Source of the DNA: Octopus vulgaris
Taxonomy: Eukaryota
NCBI GenBank assembly: GCA_951406725.2
Contig: OX597818.1
Location: 135,904,001 to 135,968,000 of the forward strand
DNA: 64,000 nucleotides
Reading direction: 5' to 3'
The notes beneath the pieces are model-generated. The model worked only from the letters and a program-made list of their open reading frames with translations, searched no databases and was not told the DNA's origin. This document shows, one piece after another, positions 34,821-48,931 of this stretch. Both the position numbers and the translations under genes were made by a program. How positions within the stretch are numbered: the stretch's first letter is position 1; the number at the start of each line of letters is the position of its first letter.

Positions 34821-35279
34821 AATAATTGAAAAATTGGTTAGGATTGGTGAGAGGAAGAAAATCTAGTCATAGAATCCTGTCTTAAATATATCTCTGTTCG
34901 AATCATAACTAAAATGGAAAAACAGGCATGAAAGAAAAGAATGAATAATTGTTTCTAAAATTGTTTACAACATGGTGACAAGGTGAGAAATTTGTGGGGA
35001 GCAATTAGTTAATTTGATACCAGTAGTTGATTAGTACTTTATTTTATCAATCCCTGAAAGATGTAAAATAAAGTTAACCTGGTGTGATCTGAACTCAGAA
35101 TGTAAAGAAACAGAATATATTTTGTTCCATGCTGTTACTATTCTGCCAATCCACCATCCAAAACAGTAATAATTATTTCAAATATTGGCATAATGCTGGA
35201 AATCTGTGGGTGGGGTGGAAGGAGCAGTTAATTATGTTGACCGCCCCCAATGTACTTTATTTTATTGACTTTGGAAGGA

Positions 35280-35620
35280 TCATCATCATCATCATCATCG
35301 TTTAACGTCCGTTCTCCATGCTAGCATGGGTTGGACGGTTCGACCGGGGATCTGGGAAGCCAGAAGGCTGCACCAGGCTCCGGTTTTATCTGGCAATGTT
35401 TCTACAGCTGGATGCCCTTCCTAACACCAACCACTCTGTGAGTGTAGTGGGTGCTTTTACGTGCCACCTGCACAGGTGCCAGGCGAGGCTGGCAACGGCC
35501 ACGGTCGGATTGGTGCATTTTACGTGCCACTGGCACGGAAGCCAGTCGAAGCGGCGCTGGCATCGGCCACGAGTCGGATAATGCTTTTTACATACCACCA
35601 GTCCAGGGGTCCTGGCTGGT
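35280..35620 (-). mobile_element. Family A retroposon, inverted relative to 34410-34820
   Basis: Near-identical reverse complement with one fewer tandem unit. Confidence 0.88.
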
Positions 35621-35886
35621 TCAATTCGATGACCTCAGTAGAATTTTAATGTGTTATAATAAAAATAGTAATAATAAAAAAAAAACAGAAAGACACTTTT
35701 TTTTAATTAAAGATTCTGCTATTTTACCATCTTAAATCTTATAATAATTGTTATTTTTAATTTAAGCCAGTAATTTTGAAGGTGAGGTATTTAGTCAATT
35801 TCATTGATCCAGAGTTTGCTTGGTAGCTTATTTTATCAATCCAGGAGGGATAGAATGACAGGCAAAGTTAACTTCAGTAAGATTTA

Positions 35887-36114
35887 TTAACCCTTTAGTA
35901 TTTAAACCAGCTATATCTGGCCCAAATATTCTACTTGTTTTATGTTCAAACTGGTCTGAGCTGTCCTCTTACACCTAACCTACAATGTCAATCTGAAAAT
36001 AAACAATCACACTGCCAAAATCTCAAGGCCACAAAATAATGTATTGTTAATTCAAAATAGTGTGAATAAATAAGTATTACATTTGACAGAGTAATCTGAA
36101 TACTAAAGGATTAA
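35887..36114. mobile_element. piggyBac-type MITE, family 1
   Basis: TTAA flanks, family body. Confidence 0.75.
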
Positions 36115-36234
36115 GTACTGAGGTTGATGTAATCAACTTGTCCCCCTCCCCTCGACATTACTGGTCTTGTGCCACTATTATTACTATTGTGGAGATCCAT
36201 GAGAAATGTTCTCTAGGATAATAAAAATAATTAT

Positions 36235-36950
36235 CCTTTCTACTAAGGGTACGAGGCCTGAAATTTTGGGGACGGGGTCTAGTTGATTACATCGACCCCC
36301 AACGTTTCACTGGTACTTAATTTATTGACACTGAAAGGATGAAAGGCAAAGTCGACTTTGGAGGGATTTGAACTCAGAATGTAGCAGCAGATGAAATACT
36401 GCTAAGCATGTCGCCAAGTGCGCTAACAATTCTGCTAGCTTGCCTAGGGTAATAATAACAACAACAACCATCTTTATGACTATAGACATAAGGCCTGAAA
36501 TTCAGAGTGGGGGAAAGTCAATTACATTGACCGCAATTCTTGACTGACACTTATTTTATCAATTCCCAAAAGATGAACAGGAGACAGTCAACATTGGTAG
36601 AATTTGAACTTGGAATGTAAAGACATGAAATTCCACTAAGCATTTTGTCCAGCATGCCAACAATACTCTAGTTCACTGCCATAATAATAAAATAATAATA
36701 ATAATAATAAAAAGAATAGTAATTACTATTAAAGTGGCAAGCTATCAGAATCATTAGCATACCAGATAACATGCTTAGTGGCTTTCTTCTGGGTCTTTAT
36801 GGTTTAAGTTCAAATTCCATCAGAGTCAATTTTGCTTTTCATCCTTTCAAGGTCAATAAAAATAAGTACCAGTCAAGCATTGAGGATGATGTAATCAACT
36901 TACCCCAGCTTAAAATTGCTGGTCTTGTGCCAGAATTTGAAACCATTATT
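36235..36950. mobile_element. Cluster of diverged Nin/Deu-domain-like SINEs (family D)
   Basis: GCCTTTCATCCTTTC..GTCGATAAA..AGTACCAG core on both strands; other old copies near 2535-2740, 5350-5560, 13190-13390, 48329-48510, 53390-53545. Confidence 0.7.
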
Positions 36951-37553
36951 GTAATTATTTCATTTATCCTGACCTTTTAACAACACCCAAATTCATAGCA
37001 TGTCGTAGCAAGTAACTACCATCAGCCATGAAAATTTTAAAAATTATTTCTTAAGTTAGAAAATAACTTATACACAAAAAAACCATTACAAATATTATAA
37101 ACTATAACATATAGTATACATTTATCAAATTTGGATAAGATCATATATCATGGGGAGGCATGAATACTGATATTTCAAGGAAAGTCCTTTGTCACAGAGA
37201 AAATAGTAAACTAAATTAGATTTTGTGAAACAAGAAGAATAAAACTAAATACTATGAACCATATTGTTGTCTAGCAATGTACAACTGAATTGACCATATT
37301 CAAGAACAACTCAAAAACAGTTCAGAAATATTGAGATCATACAATTTATTTTTCTTTATATATGTGTTGGCTAATGAGAGGAAATATATGAACTGGCTTT
37401 AAAGAGGTAACTGAAATATTATTGGGTTTTATACATAAATTGTACAAGACCTTCAAATATTAAGATTCTTTTTATTGCTTAATTGTTGCAATATTTATAG
37501 AAAACTCAAAGAACTAAATGACATTAATTTGCAAACTGTTTATTTATTACTAT

Positions 37554-37768
37554 TTAACCCTTTCGTTACTGTATTTATTTTGAGATGCTCTGTGTTTCTT
37601 TCAATTATTTTAAATATAACAAAGAATTTAGTAGGATAACTTAGATATCATTCAGCTAAATTGTGATCAAGGTTTGGTGGAAGGTTTTAATTCAAAACTT
37701 ATGAAAACAAGACATTTGTACTACAGAGCCACAACCGGTTTCAGCCGGGTTGATAATGAAAGGGTTAA
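37554..37768. mobile_element. piggyBac-type MITE, family 2
   Basis: TTAA-CCCTTTC...GAAAGGG-TTAA; second copy at 54893-55121. Confidence 0.85.
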
Positions 37769-38056
37769 TCTTTTCATTTTTTATCTAGACATGGATCACT
37801 CTCTCTCTCTCTCTCAGAGTACAACAGAATTATTGAAGGATTATTTAGAAGTAATGTTTCATTGTGTTATATTTTTTTTAGACTAAACTACCATGTTGCA
37901 CCTAATTTAGTGTTGAATCTTGGTACTAAATTTTTTCCCTTCATAATTTTAGCTTTGCCCCATGTATAAGTTATACCTCAGTATTTTCAGTTAAAATCAA
38001 ATATAAAATAGTTTGACTTATACACATGTAAACATGCTAAATAATTAGCATTAGGA

Positions 38057-38252
38057 TCATCATCATCATCATCATCGTTTAACGTCCGTTCTCCATGCTA
38101 GCATGGGTTGGACGGTTCGACCGGGGATCTGGGAAGCCAGAAGGCTGCATCAGACTCCAGTCTTATCTGGCAATGTTTCTACAGCTGGATGCCCTTCCTA
38201 ACGCCAACCACTCCGTGAGTGTAGTGGGTGCTTTTTATGTGCCACCTGCACA
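38057..38252 (-). mobile_element. Family A retroposon, 5'-truncated
   Basis: Family core and tail. Confidence 0.85.
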
Positions 38253-39304
38253 GTGGATAAAAGTGTTAATACAAGCAGTTAATAAATAGGCAAAAGTAAT
38301 ACTGCAAATGTTTATTATCAATATTTAAGCATATTTGCAGATTGGAGATGGTTCATATAGAAGACTGATAGTATAAACTGCATTAATGCAGGAGTACAGA
38401 TATTATATTTTCATAATATGATAGGAATATAGGAAATAAGAAAGCAACATTTCATTGTAGGTAACATATTGCCATGAACCTTTGTTTTTTGTGTTTAGTC
38501 TAACTTAAAAATCAACTGAGACTGATAAAAAAATTCAATATATTAAAAATAATCAAATAAAGAATAAAAGAACTTTCTGGACCAATTATTTACAAAAAAC
38601 AAAACAAAAAAACCCCCCAATTAATACTTGAATATACACTGGATATTATTAATTTAGAAAAAATTATGATTGAGTTATTTATTCTAAAAGGTTGTTGTAA
38701 AAATGAGAAAATATTGTTTTAGAAATAAAAATATGAAGATTCTCATCTCCTAGTTTGATTCTGATCTCACAGTTATAAAAAAAACTAGTTTGACATTGTT
38801 CTAGTGATACAATCAGCAACAGATGTTTTCCCCAAATCGCATCAAGAAGCTAAAGCCATTATATGAAGTATAATGCTTCATATTAGTCTTTTATTGTGAC
38901 TTTCATGATAATGACAGTTTAAACATTTTTCAAAACTGCATTGTCATTTTATACAACCATGATAAAATTATACTAATTACTTTATAATCTATTATTGCAA
39001 TAACTGTATGCATATTAGTTATTGTTAATTTTTTTTTAATATCTTAAGCCATCTGGCTAGACTTATCTGATATTATTTTTATTCCATACATCATGAAGGA
39101 ACTTCTAGGTATAGCAACCAAATCTCCCTCAAACCATATGCCACTATTTTCAAAGTATTATACTTTAAATGAAGATGGAATGACTACAGTTTGAAGACCT
39201 CTGATCATAGGTCTGCTCACTGGCTTAAACAGCAACAAAATACAAAATAATGAATGACCTAATTATTTTCTTTTGAAATGGTTATGCTATTCATATCTCA
39301 TAAA

Positions 39305-39563
39305 AAAAATAATAAATGCACCCTTTTAAAGCCTAGCCAGGCTCATGGGCCCGGTTTCCCAGTTTCTATGGTGTATGTGTTCCCCAGCTGGACGGGACAC
39401 CAGTCCATCACAGCGTTACTCATTTTTGCAGCTGAGTGGATTGGAGCAACGTGAAATGAAGTGTTTTGCTCAAGAACACAACACGTTGCCCAGTCCAGGA
39501 ATCGAAACCACAATCTTATGATCATGATGCTGACACCCTAACCACTAAGCCATGCGCTTACAC
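39305..39563 (-). mobile_element. SINE family E
   Basis: Reverse complement of 11432-11690. Confidence 0.85.
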
Positions 39564-40986
39564 ATATCTTATAAAAAAATAAAAACACTTCTAAATATTC
39601 TAGACCTATGAATAAATAAAGTTTAAATACAACATAAATTAGAATTGTAAAATAAAATTTTTCTCACTCAGATAAAGAAGGAGTCAATGAGTTTATTTAC
39701 CTTCACCGTCCTTTAAAAGATAAACACTGATTTTAAATGTATATTGTTGGTATTTTATTGATCCTTGAGAGATAGAATGAAGCATTAGTTGCCACCAGAT
39801 TTCAACTCAGAGGTGAGAACAATAAAACTAAATACACTAAACTACAGTGTCTCACAATGTACTACCAAATTAGCCATGCCCAGTAGCTACTCTAGAATAG
39901 TTTAAAATGTCTTAATCTCATACAATTTATCTTTATACATATGTTGGTTAATGTGAGGAAAGCCTTCTCCTGTTGTAAGAACATTTACTGTAGTCACAAA
40001 TTTTATTCCAATATAGTGGACAGAAGAATCACAAGATTTTTGTGAGGAAAACATTTGCAGATTTTGTTGACTTAATTATCCATGAGCTACTTTAAGATAT
40101 TGAGTATTTTTTCTAACATGCTAACAAGTGTGTATGTGTGTATGTGCATATACATACATACGTATGAGTGTGTGTGTGTGTGTGTGTTTAATTTTAAATA
40201 ATGATGCATATTTTGGAATAAACTTTAATTAATTGCATGTAAAATACCATTTAGAAGCACAAATTTTGGCTAGCTGATTTATGCTTATGGTTTTTCTCCC
40301 CCACTGTTTATTCTTGTTTGAGTTCAAAAGGAATGCAAAATAGTGGAAATTGTTCACTATATCAATCAAGCAATTTGCTCAGGGGACTGTCAACACACAT
40401 AAAAACTTAACTTTCCTTCCCAAAATTTTGTGGTAGAGATAAGAATCTTGGAGCTGAGGAAGATCACTAAGAACTTTCTGCAATTAACTACCAATTGAGA
40501 GTTATTACTGAAGTTGGCTCACTCAAAATAATTTAGGAGGTTGCAGAAGAACTAAATGTTCACCACTCAACACTTGTTTAACATTTGCACTTCACTGGAA
40601 AGTGAGAAGAGTTTGATAAATAGGTGTTGTATTGCTGGATACTGATTTATTTATTATTATTTTTTCCTTGGTGTAAAGTACTCAATTATGCACACATTGG
40701 AAGTATCAGAGAGTCTAGTAATTATTAGTTTCATAGCATGGTTTGACAATATTGGCTTCATTAGCCGTTATGTAAATCTGCTTCAGATCACTGTGACCAA
40801 ATATCTGAACATTAGAAACATTAGAGTGAAACCAAAATATGAAAATAACAACAGGTGCTAAACATATATGCAATAATCTATGTGACCCACCGACCACACA
40901 GAGTAAAGCTATCCCAAAATAAAAAGAATTAATGTAGAGAAGAGGAGACATTTTAAACTTGTGGTACAATAAAATGTCCACAGTCC

Positions 40987-41215
40987 TTAACCCTTTAGTG
41001 TTCGCATTATTCTGCCAAAATTAATCCTTTTTTATCCACATTGCCTTGAACTAATCAGGTATTATCTTGGTGCTATGAGATTTTCACGAGGTAGCTGTTA
41101 ATTTTTAAAACGATATTGTAGGGTTGGTGTGAGAGACCAGATAGGGCTAGTTTGAACATAAAACAGGCAGAATAGTTTTGGCCGGATATGGCCGGTTTAA
41201 ATGCTAAAGGGTTAA
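40987..41215. mobile_element. piggyBac-type MITE, family 1
   Basis: TTAA TSD and TIR. Confidence 0.85.
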
Positions 41216-41460
41216 TGTAAAGTGGTTGGTTAAAGGAAAGGCATCTAGTTGTAAAACTCATGCCAATAAAACATACTCAGAAAAAGATAAAAAACCCCTG
41301 TATTCTATGTTGCTCTGTGTGTGCCAGATGATAAGGAACTGTAACAAGTGACAAGAGGGATTGACCCATCCAATTCATGCTAGCATGTTAACACAAACAT
41401 GATGATGATGATGTGTGTGTGCATGTGCGTGTGTGTATGAATATCATATACATATTCATA

Positions 41461-41682
41461 GGCGGCGAGCTGGCAGAAACGTTAGCGCGCCGGGCGAAAT
41501 GCTTAGCAGTATTTCGGCTCTCGTTCCGTTCTGAGTTCAAATTCCACCGAGGTTGACTTTGCCTTTCCTCCTTTCAGGGTTGATAAATAAAAGTACCAGT
41601 TTCGCACTGGGGGTCGATGTCATCGACTTAGTCCCTTTGTTTGTCCCCTCTGTGTTTAGCCCCTTGTGGACAGTAAAGAAAT
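41461..41682 (+). mobile_element. SINE family D (Nin/Deu-domain-like), young copy
   Basis: GGCGGCGAGCTGGCAGAA head, GAGTTCAAATTCC B-box, family core. Confidence 0.85.
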
Positions 41683-42405
41683 ACATATAGATTGTGTATA
41701 GATTAAGAGTTGTATTTAAAATATAAACCATTCAGAAATTTGAATGTAAGTCTGATGATAGTGGGGATATTATTGTTGTTGAACATACAGGTTGTTTTCA
41801 TGTGTATGTAGTTTCATGAAGATATAGTTTAAAGTGGTAGAATAATTTGTTTACGCTATCTAGTGACAACTGTTTTATTATGAAATGATAATTTTAGCCA
41901 CTATTATAGGCTAAATCAATAGGAATAATTAATTTTGATTGGGAATCAACAACATCTCAAACTGACTATAATATATGAAATCATTCATTAAAACTTATAA
42001 TAGACTATTGAAATTAAGTGCCATCAAATAAGGTACTGAAAGATTCAACATTTTTCTAGTTTAGAGTCTAAGAACCATTACTATAATTATTAACCAACCT
42101 ACCCAATTTGGAAATACCATAGAGAATTCAGATTATTAGAACAAGGTCAGAAATACTATTATTTGTTTATTTAACATAAATTAGATAAAATATTTGAACG
42201 AATTACTTAATATTTATTTTTAAACATCTGAGATGAATTGTTATTGCAATTGTAATTTTCCAACACAATTAACCTCATATTTGAGCATATATTGCATAAT
42301 ATTATAATTATACAGCATTTTTATTTACACTGCATATATCTTCACTAGTTCAAAAGGACAAGACTCAATGTTGATTGAAACATAGATTATATGTGTGTGT
42401 AAGCA

Positions 42406-42457
<52 letters not shown>

Positions 42458-43350
42458 GGGTCAGCCCATAAATAATGCAGTTTCTTTTATACTTCTTTTA
42501 TTTTTCAAAATTAAGATAAACAAAGTTGTTTTTAATCTAAAATATACTCTCCTTCCTTTTCTACAATGCTCTTCCATCTATCTGGTAGACTTGCAATGCC
42601 CCTTTTCCAAAATTCACTTGTCTTGTGATAAAAAATACTCCTGCAGTACTGTTCTGACCTTGTCTACAGAATTTGTATTTTTTCCACCCAAATGATTTTG
42701 AAGACATCGAAATAAATGATAATCAGATGGGGCAATGTCTGGTGAATATGGTGGGTGGGGCATCATTTTCCATTCAAACTACTCCAGCCTTTGGAATGTC
42801 ATCCTTGTTGTTTTTAATCTAAGAATTATCCTGATGGAAGAACACTTTTTATCTTGAAACCAAAGATGATCGTTTTTCTTCTAGCACTGGTGTTGAATGG
42901 TTGAATGACCAAATCCAAGCTTTTCTACTAGTTCCTCAACAGTTAAGATGGGATTTTGTTCCACCAGGGTTTTCAGGACGTCTTCGTCAAGCTCTACAAA
43001 TCTTTCAGGATGAGGCTTGTCTTCTCAATTGTAGTTTCTGGAACCACCGTTGACACTGGCTTATGCTTATTGTCCGATCCCTATATACTGCATTAATATT
43101 CCTCGTGTTGTTGCCTTTATTGAACTCATAAAGCAAAATATACCGAATATACTGCTTTGTCACTTCCATTATAGCAGCTTTCAAAAAATAACTGTTAAAA
43201 TCAAACTGCACTCTTCAAAACTTGCACTAAGAATAAGAACAAGGTAAAATTACTACCTGCTTTTATAGCAAGTTGATGCAGGTAGTTTATCCCATCTCCC
43301 TCTGACTTTCAGTTTATGCAAGTGAAAAAAAACCACTTTATTTATGGGAA
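42458..43350 (-). mobile_element. Internally deleted mariner transposon
   Basis: MPHPPYSPDIAPSDYHLF catalytic motif and IRYILLYEF..G N-terminus; TA-flanked, with CCCATAAATAA inverted ends. Confidence 0.85.
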
Positions 43351-43532
43351 ATATATATATAGACAGTCTGATCTGTTGCTGATCTGAATCTTGCCTATGG
43401 ATACACAGGGTCTTCAGACAAGAGGCTGACTTGAGCACAATAAAATGTCACTGCTATGGTGTTGAGTACTCTTTTTCCATCAGTCAACATGTGTGTGTGT
43501 GAGTGTGTGTGTGTGAATGTGTGTGTGTGTGT

Positions 43533-43534
<2 letters not shown>

Positions 43535-43615
<81 letters not shown>
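43535..43615. repeat. (GA)n microsatellite, about 40 units
   Basis: Direct reading. Confidence 0.98.
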
Positions 43616-43618
<3 letters not shown>

Positions 43619-44865
43619 ATGTTTTGAAGATGCAGTTTTCAAAATAATTGTTGGGTAAGGGGTTAATTAACTATTGCCCCTTCTTACTATTTTTTTCCTG
43701 ATGACAACCTATAGTCAAAAATTAGTCACATTAACAATATTTAAGATGGATTTCCTCTTCCCAGTCTCTAGAAATGATATCATGACAATGAATCAAACTT
43801 CAGTCCTTTAATGTTTTAAGCTTCTACAGGTTCACTTTCATTCTCTGTACAAAATAGAGAGTTGATACTCACCCTCTAATCTTATCTTTGTAGAAGATTT
43901 TAATGAGTGTAATAATCACCGGAACACATGATTTAAGATTTGTTTTGGTAAAAATCAAGAGATGATATGAAAAATGTCTATAACTTCATTTAAAGTCTTT
44001 GAACCTTTTCAATGAATATTTGTAAAATACATGTTCAATTAATTTGACAGTTGAAGTTGATTTCAGTTGAATAAATCACTTATGTTTTTAGAAAACCTAA
44101 AAAATAATTAAGTAGTTTATGTATGAATAAATAAAAAGAGTAAATAAATAGCTTAAAGTACAGATTTCTAAATAAACAATCACTTTGGAAGAGCTTGTAC
44201 ACAGACAAAATTTGTACTTGGAATCTTTATTTATCCAAATTAATGGATGAAACAGTGAACTACCAGGTTAAATGCTTTGCAAGATTCAATTTATATTTCA
44301 TTGCCTGTCCCTGCCAAGACCAATAAAATAATACAGGATATACACTGGTATTGCTTAAATTGGCCACATTCCTCCCTATAAATTTGTATCACTTGAAGCA
44401 AGCAATATAATTCTCTTTTAGAGTTTTGAAGGTAACCAATAAATTTGATAAAATTACAACACAATGTTTATATTGAATCATCTACAGTTAGAAATAATAG
44501 CTGTGCATCTTATAAAATATAAAGAATTTAGTGTTTCTTTTCTTTGATTTGAACATTATTGAAATCTTGAGTTCTAAATATACTTCCAATAATGCATAGA
44601 TACAAGACTTAATTCTAGAAACATATGAACTCTGAAATAAATATTTTCACTTCAATTTAGATTTTGGTACAGTAATTGTTGTGAGAGATACAATATGAAA
44701 AAAATTATATTTCAATATATGTTTGTTAATATCTTTTCAGAAAACATAATTTTTGTCAGAGCATTGGTGCATAAAATTCTGCATCATTTACAGATATTCT
44801 AAATGTTGACTGGAAAACAATAGTCATTTCAATGTGCTAATAAAATATTTTCATTGTGCAAATAA

Positions 44866-45095
44866 TTAACCCTTTAGTGTTCAGATTATTCTGTTAAATG
44901 TAATACTTTTTCACTCAAATTGTTTTGAATTAATCATGCATTATCTTATAGCTTTGAGGTTTCAATGATGTGAATGTTTATTTTTAGAATTTGTCACAGT
45001 AGGTTAGGTGTGAGAGGCTGATATCGCCAGTTTGAATATAAAACATGTATAATATATTGGGCCGGATGTGGCTGGTTTAAACACTAAAGGGTTAA
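44866..45095. mobile_element. piggyBac-type MITE, family 1
   Basis: TTAA TSD and CCCTTTAGTGTT TIR. Confidence 0.88.
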
Positions 45096-45744
45096 GCCAC
45101 AATTTCCCCTTTGTTTTTTTCTGTTCATTTGCATTTCATATAAAAAAAAATTTAGGTATCAACTTCACAGAAAGTAACAATTTTTCTTTTTTTACATAAG
45201 GGTGATTAGAATATCTTAAAACTGATGACTAAATGAGTATTAGTATCAGTATATTATCTCATTTCAAATCAAGAAACATTCTAAACAAGTGATAAAGGTT
45301 TTACAATTCATTGCTTCCATATTAGCCAACTTCTAGCAGCACTTAATCCAATAACTTAAAGAAATATCTGAACCAATTCTCCCAGATAAACCTATGGACT
45401 TGGAGCTTAAGGGAGTAGCAGAGCTTAAATCAGTAATCCACTAAATCCTATACAAAATTAATTAAAATCATATGGAATTCACTCCTTCCATGATGAATGA
45501 CACTAAAGTAGATTGACCTTGAAATGAAATTAAATTAAAAATGTTTAATTTATTTAAACATGATTAATTTTTTTTCCATATTTATAGTTTTTATGCTTTA
45601 AGTGTTAGAACAGCAAATGATGTATTTTATCTCTCTGTATGGTGCATTATGTTGCTGCTTAGCTCCATGTCAACCTTGATCAAACAAAACTTATACTAAA
45701 AGCAGTTTAGCTGTGGTGGCCACAGCATCTTTTTTTATTTTAAA

Positions 45745-46120
45745 TTAGCAGTATCGCCCGGCGTTGCTCGGGTTTGTAAGGGAAATAACTATATAAGCAT
45801 TTTTAGAGAGTTATAGCAAAACAATAGCAAAAAAATAGAAATAAATGATGGTAAATTTTTTTAAAAATCGTTGACTCATCGTAGACGTTTTTAGAGAGTT
45901 ACTTCCCTTATATAATAGCGAAAAAAATGCATTAAAATGGGAAAAATGATGGTAAATTTTTTTTTTAAATCGTAGACTCATGCTAATACCCAGAAGGGCT
46001 CGATTTGAATCACGACTATAAGATACCCGGTTTTGGTTAAACTGCACCGCAAAATGTGGGAGTAGTTAGGAATCTAAATCGTAGGAGACAGACACACAAC
46101 TTCACTCTTATATATAAAGA
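45745..46120 (-). mobile_element. Non-autonomous Helitron
   Basis: Homologous to 7017-7410; 3' end mutated to CTAA. Confidence 0.85.
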
Positions 46121-47110
46121 TTTTTAGACTTGCTCTTTCTTGTTTATGATAGACATGAAATAAACAAGGTTTAAATGTCATATTTTTGCAGATCAATAGA
46201 GCATGTAAAAACTCTCATATTAAACTTGCCTCATTGAGATAAACATTTTTTTGTTCATAAAATTTAAATCAAACTTAAGAAACAGCAATAATTTATATTC
46301 AATGAAATAATCATTTAGTGACTATCCTAACTGACTTACTCTTTTCAGTAAGAGTAATATGAAATGAGTTAATAGAATTCTTTACAGTGTAAGATAAAAT
46401 TACTAATTTAAAGCTTTAAAAGTACATCTCTAGAATATTTACTCTGGAGTATTCTTTTAAAGCAAGAAAAAAATATATATACTTTTTTTTGCCTTTTAGA
46501 TGAATGAAATGTAAAAAATAAAATGTTTTAATAGTTAGAAAGGAATATGAATCTAAATGTAGAATGGTTTATCAGAGCAATAAAAAAAAATATAAAATAT
46601 AATTTTTACATTTCTAAATAAATTTCAAAATTTGCAAAAGTAAAATAGAAAATATAAATACCCATAGAAACACATTAATTTACAAATGGGAATTTTTAAA
46701 AGTACTAACTTCCAAGTCACTTGATAATTATCAATTTTAATGTCTAGAGCAGCAAATAAACCTATTCATTACCAGTTTGTTAACTAACACTGTTTGGAAA
46801 TGCTTGAATATAATATTTTCCTTCTAATGTGCAACTTTATGCCTATCAAACATACCGTTATCTTTTAAATGTCTATTATTTGTGCCAGTCTGTAATATTT
46901 TGTACTATTCCACTAATGTACAGTTCTGACATTAGATCGGTCAGTGTTAGCCATATAGTAAACGAAATACATCTTTAGAAAATCTGACATTGTTTTCTTA
47001 CAAATAATATTAATTACTAGTTATGAATAAAATTCATTTTGAAACATAAATAACTCCTATTACTACACTGTTGTAGTAGTGGTTGTTATTGTTAATGATA
47101 GAAATCATTA

Positions 47111-47147
<37 letters not shown>

Positions 47148-47154
47148 TATATAT

Positions 47155-47870
47155 AAAAGAATACAAAAAATGGGACAAGAATGCAACAGGTGACAACAAA
47201 ACATGTAGACAGTTGGATGATACAAAAAGGGACATGAAAAAACGGACATGAAAAAACGGACAGGTCATTTGGAGTTTTCTTTTGTCAGTCGAGTTCGAGA
47301 TTATCTTTGCAGTTTCAGCTGGTTATACTCAAGACTGTTCCAATCTGGCTAGCCCCAAGGAAAATCTAAGCTAAGAGCACTAGATTCCTTGGAAGAAAGC
47401 AGCAAATGTATACGAAAACAAGGACAGAAAAATGGAGAAATGGTACACAAACACAAATGTAAACAACAGGACATTAACAACAGGTGTCTTTCGACTAAGG
47501 ATGAATTAAATTAAGCTGGCAAGTGTGGAAATGAAGCCTCGTGGCAGGGACATAAGAGATGACAGGTATGGAAAGGAATATAGATGTTGCACATATGGTA
47601 GTCGAACCAAGAAAGAAAGGTCAGGCTTGGCTGAACACCGGTCACGTGGAAGGAGAGGAGAGAGGTAGAGGCAGAGGAATAGAAGAATTAGGGAGGTATG
47701 AGAAAAAAAGAATAGAAAGGGACAGAATGAAGTGAAAGTGGAGGGAAAGTGAGAATGAAGGGAAGGCCAGAAATGTGAGAGAAGGGGAGCAAAAGAAAGA
47801 AGAGTAAAAAACATAGTAAGTGTGAAGGGGCTGAAAGAAAGAAAGAAAGGATGAAAGAATAAGAGAGTTG
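47155..47870 (-). mobile_element. Probable Penelope-like terminal-repeat remnant; its first ~115 bp recur at 48170-48282
   Basis: Purine-rich tract like that in 16980-17200, plus a local direct repeat; family assignment is inference. Confidence 0.35.
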
Positions 47871-47876
47871 TACAAA

Positions 47877-47920
<44 letters not shown>

Positions 47921-47921
47921 A

Positions 47922-48108
47922 CATCATCATCATCATCATCATCATTTAGCGTCCGCTTTCCATGCTAGCATGGGTTGGACGGGTCAACTGGGGTCTGTGA
48001 AGCTGGAAGGCTTTGTCAGGCCCAGTCAGATCTGGCAGTGTTTCTACGGCTGGATGCCCTTCCTAACGCCAACCACTCCGCGAGTGTAGTGGGTGTTTTT
48101 TACGTGCC
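47922..48108 (-). mobile_element. Family A retroposon, truncated
   Basis: Family core and tail. Confidence 0.85.
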
Positions 48109-48546
48109 ATATATGTACTTACATATAAGAGACCAAAGTGTATGTACACCCCTATATGTATATAAAAATGAAGACAAAAAAATGGGACAAGAACGCAACA
48201 GGCGACAATAAAACATCCAGACAGTTGGATGATACAAAAAGGGACACGAAAAACAAGGACAGGTCATTCAGAGTTGTCTTTCATATATATATATATATAT
48301 TCATGCATACATTCTCATAATAGTACTAAGGCAGCAAGCAGGCAGAATCGTTAGCATGCCAGAAAAAATGCCAAGTGACATTTCATCTGTCTTCATGTTC
48401 TGAGTTCCAATTCTCCTGAGGTTGACTTTCACTGTTTCAAGGTCAATAAAATAAGTAGCAGTTGCACATCAGAGTTGATGTAATCCACTTACCCACTCCT
48501 CCAAAATTTGAAATCAATACTCATAATGTTACTATATATATATATA

Positions 48547-48917
48547 CTAGCAGTATCGCCCGGCGTTGCTCGGGTTTATAAGGGAAATAACTATAAAGCA
48601 TTTTTAGAGAGTTATACCCAAAAAATAGCAAAAAAATGGGAAAAAAATGATGGTAAATTTTTTTTGAGAGTAAAAAGGTCGAGTTGCGTCCCCTAGACAG
48701 TCTGTGGTTTGTGTTTCTGATTCTCGACCCCATGTCGAATTTATCGATTTTTTTCAGAACTGGGGGAACTTTTAAAAATTTTCGCTGCGTTAGTTTTGAA
48801 TTATGACATTGGGCTATGTGTGTGTCAAGTTTCATCAGAATCGGTTGAAAGCCGTGGTCAGGGTGAGGGTACAACCTAACAGACACACAGACAAACTGCC
48901 GTTTATATAGAGAGAGA
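48547..48917 (-). mobile_element. Non-autonomous Helitron, chimeric
   Basis: 3' part as in 7017-7410; 5' part as in 49855-50315. Confidence 0.85.
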
Positions 48918-48931
48918 TATATATATATATT

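Noticed and set aside
39700-39712. Possible 10-nt micro-exon (aag|GACGGTGAAG|gtaaat, minus strand)
   Set aside because: Weak AAG acceptor; expected by chance in 30 kb of AT-rich sequence
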